A DNA stretch of 30,132 nucleotides. It comes from Kiritimatiellia bacterium (GTDB lineage Bacteria > Verrucomicrobiota > Kiritimatiellia > RFP12 > UBA1067). The notes under the pieces were generated by a model. The model did not search any database and was not told the DNA's origin. It saw only the letters and a program-made list of their open reading frames with translations. Positions 10,401 through 16,645 of the stretch are shown piece by piece; the stretch's first letter is position 1; each line of letters begins with the position of its first letter. The stretch covers positions 1 to 30,132 of the forward strand of contig JAQVQN010000001.1 in NCBI GenBank assembly GCA_028701555.1, read 5' to 3'. A program made the translations under genes and the position numbers.

Positions 10401-12964
10401 TAACCTCCCGCGAAGAGTTTGATGCATTGCTAGCGGCGGTCATCGGGTTAGAAGCGGATGCTGCCGAAATCACCCGTTTCAACGCGCTGCTGCGTGAGCA
10501 GCCGGATCTGCTGGAGTTATATTTCGACCAGATGCGCGTTCACCTGTTGGCCGACAGGATGCTGCGGCACGCGGTACGGGCGTTGCCAGATACGGTTGGG
10601 TTTGTCGATGCTGTGGGTGGTGTCCAGCTCCGAGAAACTACGCCGGTGCAATCTGCGGTTAGAGATGCCTTGGTCAAAAGCGTTCACATGACTGGGTGGC
10701 GGCGGGGCGCACGTTTCATGAAGATTGCGGCTGCTGCTGCGGTGCTGGCGCTGGCGGGTGCCGGGCTGTGGCTGGCAGCGGATGACTGGCGACTGGCGAC
10801 CGGCGACGGGCGGTTCTCGCAAGAACTCCCGTCAGTCGCCAGTCGCCTGTTGCCAGTCGAGATCCTCCATCACTGGGGCTCATGCAACCTTGAGGTGCCG
10901 GAGCGTCTGCCGGGGACTTTGCGCATGACCAACGGGCGGATCAAGGCGCGGCTGTCGTCCGGCATCGAGCTGATCCTTTTCGGCCCGTTCGAGATGGAGA
11001 TCAAGACCTCCAAGGAGGCGCGGCTGGTGTCCGGTCGCATGCTGGCCGACATCCCCGCCAAGGACGGCGGCTTCACGCTGCGCACGCCCGACCTGGAGAT
11101 GTGGGACAACGGCGCGCTCTTCAGCGTGGCGGTCACGGAAGGGGGCTCGGACATCTTCGTGTTCAAGGGCGAGGTGCAGGTGGTCGAGTCCGACGGCGAG
11201 CCTGTGGACATCTGCCGCACAGGCGAGGGCGCACGGGTGCGGCGCGACAACAGAAGCGCGTTCAAGGTTGCGGCCGACTGGCCATACGCTTTAGAGATGC
11301 TGGCTCGGGTAGAGCAGAAGGGCGCGCTCAACGATCCCGAGGACGCGCTGTGGGTGGCCTCGCGCGTCTCCGACATCTGGACCGAGCGCTGGATGCCCAA
11401 GGTGGTCAAGCGCCCCAAGCCAGTGCCGGGCCTGCGCGGAGGTCGGGAGTCGGCAGTGGCAGTCGGCAGCGGCAGTCGCCAGTCGGCAGGCGGGGGCCGG
11501 CAATCTGCGTCCGGGGTCCTGAGTCCTGGGTCCGCAACAATCGCAAGTAAGGGCGCGGCCTTGCACCCGTCTGACAATCTCACTAGCGGCGGGGTGGCCC
11601 CTGCCGCAGTAAAAACCATAGCGGCCTTGACGCCGCAGAACGAGGAGGAAGCGATGAAGGCAACAGCGAAGACAGCGGCGGCCGTTACGGCTGCGGCCCT
11701 TATGGGCGCGGGCGCGGCGTGGGCGGTGCCCACGGTCTCGAACGTCAATATGACTCAAATGGCAAACAGCCGGATGGTGCAGGTCACGTATGATCTGGCA
11801 GGCGAGAACGCTATCGTTACGCTTTCGATCGAGACTAATGGCGTGGCGATACCCGACAGCGCGGTGACGACGCTGTCAGGCGACGTGTGCAAGGAGGTCG
11901 TTGCCGGAACCGGCAAGACCATCTACTGGAACGCGGGTGCGGACTGGCCTGAAAACTTGACCGAGAGCGCCAAGGCACGCGTGACAGTGTGGTCGTTAGA
12001 CGCGCCGCCGCAGTACAGCGCGATTGATGTCGCCGCAGGTTCTGCCGCCTCGTCATATCCGGTCTTCTACTATAACAGCGACGAGGCTGTGCCTGGCGGT
12101 GTCACTAACGAAATCTACAAAACCATCCGCATACTTCTGCGCAAGCTGCCGCCGACCGGCGGCGCGGGCTTTATGATGGGCTCGCCGACAACCGAAGCGT
12201 TCCGTTCTCCAAATGGAGAACGCGAGAACTGGCATAATGTGATCCTTAACAATGCGGTCTACATTGGTGTATATGAGATCACACAGAGCCAGTGGTATCA
12301 GGTCATGGGCACCTGGCCGTCCCACTTCAACAATAGCGATTACCGTCTGGCGCGTCCGGTTGAAAAGGTGACATACAACGACATCCGTGGTTTTTCGGCC
12401 GGCGCGGGCTGGCCGGGCAGTGACGCAGTCGACGGCACCTCCTTCATGGGGCGCATCCGTTCAAAGACCGTTGTCGCAGGCTTCGACCTCCCCACCGATG
12501 CTCAGTGGGAGTATGCCTGCCGGGCGGGAAAATCCAGCGCACTGAACGACGGCACACTTAACATCACCAACACAGACTCCGACGCGCAGTTGGATATGCT
12601 GGCCCGCTACAAGTTCAACGACGGCTGGTGGTGGAACGGCTCAACTTGGGTTACTGCCCCGCAGAACAGCAGCGCGGAGAACGGCACCGCCATCGTCGGC
12701 TCCTACGCGCCTAACGCCTGGGGGCTCTACGACATGCACGGCAATGTTTACGAGTGGTGTCTGGACTGGTACACACCACTGCTGGGATTCACTACCGTAA
12801 CTGACCCGGTCGGTCCTTCAAGCGGCGAAGACGGCAAGCGCGTTTTCAGAGGTGGGGCGTTTGATCAACCGGCTGCCGGGTGCCGCTCCGCTTATCGCAC
12901 AAGGGCCACCCCAGACTCATCTTGGGAAAGCGGCGGCTTCCGACTTGCGCGGACATTGCCGTAA
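10397..12964 (+). CDS. FecR-family anti-sigma factor fused in frame to a secreted Ig-like + FGE/SUMF1-fold protein
   Basis: ATGA overlap with the sigma gene. Cytoplasmic anti-sigma N-terminus, TM segment (KIAAAAAVLALAGAGLWLAA), FecR strands (GFTLRTPDLEMWDNGALFSVAV...VFKGEVQV), linker, then FGE motifs FMMGS, LPTDAQWEYACRAG, WGLYDMHGNVYEWCLDWY, GGFRLA. Confidence 0.85.
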   Translation: MITSREEFDALLAAVIGLEADAAEITRFNALLREQPDLLELYFDQMRVHLLADRMLRHAVRALPDTVGFVDAVGGVQLRETTPVQSAVRDALVKSVHMTGWRRGARFMKIAAAAAVLALAGAGLWLAADDWRLATGDGRFSQELPSVASRLLPVEILHHWGSCNLEVPERLPGTLRMTNGRIKARLSSGIELILFGPFEMEIKTSKEARLVSGRMLADIPAKDGGFTLRTPDLEMWDNGALFSVAVTEGGSDIFVFKGEVQVVESDGEPVDICRTGEGARVRRDNRSAFKVAADWPYALEMLARVEQKGALNDPEDALWVASRVSDIWTERWMPKVVKRPKPVPGLRGGRESAVAVGSGSRQSAGGGRQSASGVLSPGSATIASKGAALHPSDNLTSGGVAPAAVKTIAALTPQNEEEAMKATAKTAAAVTAAALMGAGAAWAVPTVSNVNMTQMANSRMVQVTYDLAGENAIVTLSIETNGVAIPDSAVTTLSGDVCKEVVAGTGKTIYWNAGADWPENLTESAKARVTVWSLDAPPQYSAIDVAAGSAASSYPVFYYNSDEAVPGGVTNEIYKTIRILLRKLPPTGGAGFMMGSPTTEAFRSPNGERENWHNVILNNAVYIGVYEITQSQWYQVMGTWPSHFNNSDYRLARPVEKVTYNDIRGFSAGAGWPGSDAVDGTSFMGRIRSKTVVAGFDLPTDAQWEYACRAGKSSALNDGTLNITNTDSDAQLDMLARYKFNDGWWWNGSTWVTAPQNSSAENGTAIVGSYAPNAWGLYDMHGNVYEWCLDWYTPLLGFTTVTDPVGPSSGEDGKRVFRGGAFDQPAAGCRSAYRTRATPDSSWESGGFRLARTLP
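10784..10858. repeat. 75-bp imperfect palindrome built from GACTGGC heptamers, in frame inside the FecR gene
   Basis: gactggc gactggc gaccggc gacggg cg gttct CGCA agaac t cccgtc agtc gccagtc gcctgtt gccagtc; begins with GACTGGC and ends with its reverse complement. Confidence 0.8.
11448..11533 (+). repeat. Short tandem 6/7-mer repeats in the FecR-FGE linker
   Basis: agtcggc agtggc agtcggc agcggc agtcgcc agtcggc from 11448, and gtccggg gtcctga gtcctgg gtcc (11509-11533). Confidence 0.75.
11654..12964 (+). CDS. Putative nested in-frame gene: secreted FGE/SUMF1-fold (C-type-lectin-fold) protein, 436 aa
   Basis: GAGGAGG (11642-11648), then ATG at 11654 in the FecR frame (codon 420), then signal peptide MKATAKTAAAVTAAALMGAGAAWA|VPT with an A-x-A cleavage site. 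Confidence 0.6.
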   Translation: MKATAKTAAAVTAAALMGAGAAWAVPTVSNVNMTQMANSRMVQVTYDLAGENAIVTLSIETNGVAIPDSAVTTLSGDVCKEVVAGTGKTIYWNAGADWPENLTESAKARVTVWSLDAPPQYSAIDVAAGSAASSYPVFYYNSDEAVPGGVTNEIYKTIRILLRKLPPTGGAGFMMGSPTTEAFRSPNGERENWHNVILNNAVYIGVYEITQSQWYQVMGTWPSHFNNSDYRLARPVEKVTYNDIRGFSAGAGWPGSDAVDGTSFMGRIRSKTVVAGFDLPTDAQWEYACRAGKSSALNDGTLNITNTDSDAQLDMLARYKFNDGWWWNGSTWVTAPQNSSAENGTAIVGSYAPNAWGLYDMHGNVYEWCLDWYTPLLGFTTVTDPVGPSSGEDGKRVFRGGAFDQPAAGCRSAYRTRATPDSSWESGGFRLARTLP

Positions 12965-12974
12965 GTGTGCGCAT

Positions 12975-13010
12975 CAGGGATCGTCCGCAGGGCCGATCCC
13001 TGTGTCTTTT
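12975..13010 (+). terminator. Hairpin after the FecR-FGE gene (weak terminator or mRNA-stabilising stem)
   Basis: CAGGGATCG-tccGCAGggc-CGATCCCTG (perfect 9-bp outer stem) followed by TGTCTTTT. Confidence 0.55.
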
Positions 13011-13047
13011 AACCTGTCTTTCCTTCAAAAGTCCACACGAGGACGCA

Positions 13048-15366
13048 ATGATGAAATTCCTATGCCACGGGTTGGTGCTTTCTGCCGCCTTGGCTTTGCC
13101 CGTGTCCGGATCGCCGGGAAAGTCTGCCGGGACTTTTAGCGACATCAACGCCCTGTTGTCTTGCAGTCCACGCGATGACCTGATCGGTCCGGAAATGTGG
13201 ACCGCCTGGCGCAATGAGCTGGTTTTCGACAACGGCAACAGCACCGCCTTTATCGGTGGCCAGCTTCCGCATTACGCCTGGTCGCCGCCAAAACCCGGAC
13301 TTAACGGGCATCTGCATATTTTGCACGGCACTGCCTACACTGATCCCATCCAGATCGAGATAACAGAGATCGACGGCGAAAATAGCGCCGTGCTGCAGCT
13401 TGTGCCCACGCGCAATACTTGGACTCCGGCGCTTTTGACCACGTATTACCGCAGTAGGCCTAATACCCTTGGAACGGATTACATCAAGAGCGGTGGCTGT
13501 GCGCTAAAAGAGACAAAATGCATAACAAGAGATAACGTCTTCATCTCTGAAATGGAAATCAGCAACTGCAGCCCGGTTCCGCGAGTGTACAATATATGTG
13601 TATCCAGTAAGATGCCCGCGCTGCCTGTAGTGAAAACTGACAAAGGCGCGGCCATGTCAGGCTCTTTTGCGTTCGACACTTTTTCGTTCGGCAGAAAAAC
13701 GCCGCGCAAAGGTTTTTCAGCCATGGCGATTCAAGCCGAGGCGTTCACTTGGCGGATCATGCTGTCGCCCTGGGAAAAAAAGACGGTTCGCTATGCTTTT
13801 GCCGTCGACGGCTTGTCAGCCGAAAACGCTTTAACCAAAGTGCAAGCCGCGCTAGCTGATGCGGCGGTATTCAACCGCAATGTGTCGGCATTCAACCGTT
13901 GGTTCGCCGACAACGTACCGGAACTGCTGCTGGATAATCCAGACTTGCTGAAAATGTATTATTACCGCTGGTTTGTTGTATACCGCAGCATTCATGAAGC
14001 CCGGCGGCTGCTTCCGGATCACGAATACCCGCGTCCGGTCATGTATGAAAGCCCCGCCGGCCCTTGGTATGGATGCGTGATCGGGCTGCCTGTGCCGATG
14101 CAAATACTTGAAGCCGCTTGGCTGCGTGACTCCACGATAGGCTGGAACCATATCTTGAATTGGGCCGAAAAAGTCCACGGTTACCGCGGCTATGTTCAAT
14201 TTACGCCGATGGCTGTTTGGAAGTTTTACAGGAATCACCCGAATAAAACATATTTAAACGCAGTTTTTGAAGCCATGAAGGCTTTTGCTCTTGAAAAGGC
14301 GAAACCACCGTTTGATCGCCTGCCCGTGCAGCGGAGCAGTTGGGAACCCGGTGCCGAATACTCGCCAAATTTCTATCAGTTCACTGCTCCCCCGTGGGAT
14401 TACCGCAACGACATGCAATTCTATAAAACCGCGACCAACCTGTATGTGGCCTCCCTGATACGTCTGGACACGGCCGGATACACGGCCGGATCCCTTTCGG
14501 CAACAAGCAAGATGGCAGGCCTGCTGGGAAAGGAAGAAGACCGGGCCGAGATGCGGCACGCCTACGAAAAAATGCTGTCATTAATCAAGCGTGACCACTG
14601 GGACCAGAAACTCGGAATGTTCCTGGCCGCCGACCCAGCCAGCGGCCAACTGGCGGATCAGGCGGCCTGCTATGACAGTTTTGTGCCCTTCATGTGGGGC
14701 ATGGCACAGGAGCCGCAGTACCAGATGGCTTTTGACAAGCTGTTCGATCCCGCGTGGTTCTGGGACGAGTTCCCGTTCACCACCGCAGCCAAAAACTGCC
14801 CCATGTATTTTGACGGCAACGCGGTCGTGGGCCCGACCGAAGCGTCCTTAACCAAACCAAGCTATTACGGATGCAGTTGGAACGGGCCGACATGGAATTA
14901 CGCCAACACACTGTACGCGGAGGCGTTGGGTCAGGGTGCGCTACAACGTGCCGAGCTGCGGGACAAATGGGTTGATTTCTTTATCCGCTGGAGTGATATG
15001 CATTTCTTGTATGGCGACAAATCCGTGCCGTGCGCGACGGAGCACCACCGCCCGAATGACGGGGCGCGGTTTGGCCGACCCGCCGAGTATTTTCACAGCT
15101 CCTGGCTAGATCCGTTTTATTCCTATTGGTGCGGCATCCGCCTCGGGGACGACTTACGGACACTGACCTTTGATCCCTTTACCCGAGAGCCGTTCACGCT
15201 TCACATGGTCAAAATCGCGGACGGAATGTATACGTTTGAGCAGACCTCGCCTGATGCCGACGGTCAGCGTATGTTGCGTGTCATGGATGAGCAGGGCCGC
15301 GTGCTTGGCTCGGCGCGCGGTCAGCTCACAATCAATATTACGGGCTCTTCACCCGCAAAATTATAA
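13048..15366 (+). CDS. Secreted six-hairpin glycosidase-like protein (MGH1/GH63/trehalase-like (alpha/alpha)6 barrel)
   Basis: GAGGA SD before ATG 13048; signal-like N-terminus MMKFLCHGLVLSAALALPVSG. beta-rich N-domain, then helical region with MYYYRWFVVYRS, HWDQKLGMF, WDEFPFTT and SWNGPTWNYAN. Family is recognised by pattern only. Confidence 0.6.
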   Translation: MMKFLCHGLVLSAALALPVSGSPGKSAGTFSDINALLSCSPRDDLIGPEMWTAWRNELVFDNGNSTAFIGGQLPHYAWSPPKPGLNGHLHILHGTAYTDPIQIEITEIDGENSAVLQLVPTRNTWTPALLTTYYRSRPNTLGTDYIKSGGCALKETKCITRDNVFISEMEISNCSPVPRVYNICVSSKMPALPVVKTDKGAAMSGSFAFDTFSFGRKTPRKGFSAMAIQAEAFTWRIMLSPWEKKTVRYAFAVDGLSAENALTKVQAALADAAVFNRNVSAFNRWFADNVPELLLDNPDLLKMYYYRWFVVYRSIHEARRLLPDHEYPRPVMYESPAGPWYGCVIGLPVPMQILEAAWLRDSTIGWNHILNWAEKVHGYRGYVQFTPMAVWKFYRNHPNKTYLNAVFEAMKAFALEKAKPPFDRLPVQRSSWEPGAEYSPNFYQFTAPPWDYRNDMQFYKTATNLYVASLIRLDTAGYTAGSLSATSKMAGLLGKEEDRAEMRHAYEKMLSLIKRDHWDQKLGMFLAADPASGQLADQAACYDSFVPFMWGMAQEPQYQMAFDKLFDPAWFWDEFPFTTAAKNCPMYFDGNAVVGPTEASLTKPSYYGCSWNGPTWNYANTLYAEALGQGALQRAELRDKWVDFFIRWSDMHFLYGDKSVPCATEHHRPNDGARFGRPAEYFHSSWLDPFYSYWCGIRLGDDLRTLTFDPFTREPFTLHMVKIADGMYTFEQTSPDADGQRMLRVMDEQGRVLGSARGQLTINITGSSPAKL

Positions 15367-15378
15367 TTCCTGATGATA

Positions 15379-15407
15379 CTGACAAGGACGATGTGATTTG
15401 GTATCGT
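15379..15407 (+). promoter_or_regulatory. Putative sigma70 promoter of the SGNH hydrolase
   Basis: CTGACA (15379-15384), 17-nt spacer, TATCGT (15402-15407) with an extended -10 TG. Confidence 0.5.
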
Positions 15408-15463
15408 AAAAACAATTTCAAAGACTGTGGTCTTTGCTGGTTCATTATTTAGGAGAAAGTATC

Positions 15464-16189
15464 ATGAGAAACCTTAAAACGGGAATATTGTTGGGGGCGC
15501 TGGCCTTGGCGGCCGGTTCGGTTTTGGCTCAAAGTTTGTCGACCACACCGACGCACCGGATGGAGCAGGAGTGGTGGAAAAAGCGCTTTGAGGCCAAGCT
15601 TGAGCTGGTTAAGCAGGGCGGTTGGGAACTGGTCTTCATGGGCGATTCCATCACGCACGGATGGGAGGGCAGCGGCAAAGCGGTCTGGGCGGAGAACTTC
15701 GGCGCGTACAAGGCTTTGAATCTCGGGTATGGCGGTGACCGCACAGAGCATGTGCTGTGGCGTCTGGATAACGGCGAGCTGGACGGTTATCAGCCCCGGC
15801 TGCTTGTGCTGATGATCGGCACCAATAACACCGGCCACAGGCCGCTTGAGCAAGAGAGTCCCGAGGACACGGCGGCGGGCATCAAGGCGATTCTGGAAAA
15901 AATAGGTCAAAAGTCACCGTCGACCAAGGTGCTGCTGCTGGCGATCTTCCCGCGTGACGAGAAGCCGGACGGCGAGAAGCGTGTGCGCAACGAGAAGGTC
16001 AACGCGATGATCAAAGGGTTTGCGGACGGCAAGCGCGTGATCTTCATGGACATCAACAAAGAGATGCTTGAAGCGGACGGCACGCTGACCAAAGAGATGA
16101 TGCCGGATTTCCTGCATCCCAAAGAGAAAGGCTACGGGATCTGGGCCAAGGCGGTACTGCCCGTGGTGAAGGAAGCGCTCGGGAAATAA
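15464..16189 (+). CDS. Secreted SGNH/GDSL hydrolase (PAF-acetylhydrolase Ib-like acetylesterase)
   Basis: AGGAG SD; signal peptide ending SVLA. Blocks FMGDSIT, LGYGGDRT, MIGTNN and DFLHP give the S-G-N-H residues. Confidence 0.92.
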   Translation: MRNLKTGILLGALALAAGSVLAQSLSTTPTHRMEQEWWKKRFEAKLELVKQGGWELVFMGDSITHGWEGSGKAVWAENFGAYKALNLGYGGDRTEHVLWRLDNGELDGYQPRLLVLMIGTNNTGHRPLEQESPEDTAAGIKAILEKIGQKSPSTKVLLLAIFPRDEKPDGEKRVRNEKVNAMIKGFADGKRVIFMDINKEMLEADGTLTKEMMPDFLHPKEKGYGIWAKAVLPVVKEALGK

Positions 16190-16220
16190 CGCGGGATTGC
16201 AGGGTTTGCGGAAAAAGCAT

Positions 16221-16249
16221 AAGAACCCCGGCAACGGGGTTCTTTTTTT
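16221..16249 (+). terminator. Intrinsic terminator, probably bidirectional, between SGNH hydrolase and tRNA-Ser
   Basis: AAGAACCCCG-GCAA-CGGGGTTCTT perfect 10-bp stem with GNRA loop, followed by a T-run; an A-run lies a few nt upstream. Confidence 0.92.
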
Positions 16250-16306
16250 GTGCGGACTCGAAGGCGGCATACGGTTGTGAATTTCATGGCTTGCCAGCCG
16301 TAGTCT

Positions 16307-16344
16307 TGACGCGCCGGTGAATATATGACGCGCCGGTGAATATA
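16307..16344 (+). repeat. Perfect 19-bp tandem duplication
   Basis: TGACGCGCCGGTGAATATA at 16307-16325 and again at 16326-16344. Confidence 0.9.
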
Positions 16345-16357
16345 TACAGGAAGCTCG

Positions 16358-16388
16358 GCCCGCCTTCGCGGATACGGCTACGGCGGGC
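16358..16388. repeat. REP-like palindrome in the tRNA 3' trailer
   Basis: GCCCGCC-TTCG-C..G-CTAC-GGCGGGC: 7-bp stem with an asymmetric TTCG/CTAC (GTAG on the other strand) internal loop. Related arms lie at 16288-16303 and 16415-16426. Confidence 0.6.
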
Positions 16389-16422
16389 AGCCTGCGCTTT
16401 CCACTGCGCGGCAAGCGTAGGC

Positions 16423-16512
16423 TGGCGGAGAGGGAGGGATTCGAACCCCCGGTACCTTGCGGCACGCATGATTTCGAGTCATGTGCATTCAACCAGGCTC
16501 TGCCACCTCTCC
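16423..16512 (-). tRNA. tRNA-Ser (anticodon CGA)
   Basis: GGAGAGGTGGCAGAGCCTGGTTGAATGCACATGA-CT-CGA-AA-TCATGCGTGCCGCAAGGTACCGGGGGTTCGAATCCCTCCCTCTCCGCCA: 90 nt, long variable arm, GTTCGAATC T-loop, encoded CCA. Confidence 0.97.
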
Positions 16513-16525
16513 GGAAAACGTGGTC

Positions 16526-16555
16526 AATATAACTGAAATTGAACGGGAGGGTCAA
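16526..16555 (-). promoter_or_regulatory. Putative sigma70 promoter of tRNA-Ser
   Basis: Minus strand TTGACC (16555-16550), 18-nt spacer, TATATT (16531-16526), 13 nt before the mature tRNA. Confidence 0.6.
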
Positions 16556-16583
16556 GCCCTGCTTGGCGCTTCGAGCTTTAGAA

Positions 16584-16612
16584 TTGCCAAAGCGCGTCTA
16601 TCAGGGTAAGGT
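16584..16612 (+). promoter_or_regulatory. Putative sigma70 promoter of the response regulator
   Basis: TTGCCA (16584-16589), 17-nt spacer, TAAGGT (16607-16612). Confidence 0.5.
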
Positions 16613-16645
16613 GTAGCAGGTTTAATGTTCGATGGGTTTTGCGCT

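Noticed and set aside
10870-11748. 292-aa antisense ORF over the FecR gene
   Set aside because: Low-complexity shadow of a GC3-rich region, with no SD or motifs.
12830-13010. Diversity-generating retroelement target: FGE/CLec-fold C-terminus followed by a GC-rich hairpin
   Set aside because: No template repeat or reverse transcriptase in the window. The putatively variable codons (CAA, CCG, GGG, ACA, AGG, TCA, TGG, GAA) do not end in C/T as AAY-derived codons would. A genome-wide search for a TR would close the question.
12880-13047. N-terminal extension of the glycosidase ORF in the track
   Set aside because: It overlaps the upstream gene and hairpin; the SD and signal peptide point to ATG 13048.
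14468-14491. 12-bp tandem repeat ACACGGCCGGAT x2 in the glycosidase
   Set aside because: In frame (DTAGYTAGS) with two copies only; not a phase-variation tract and probably incidental.
16288-16426. CRISPR array from the repeats near the tRNA
   Set aside because: Only two adjacent 19-bp copies with no spacer, and no cas genes.
15914-16555. 213-aa minus-strand ORF
   Set aside because: It runs through the tRNA, REP-like elements and a terminator, so it is spurious.
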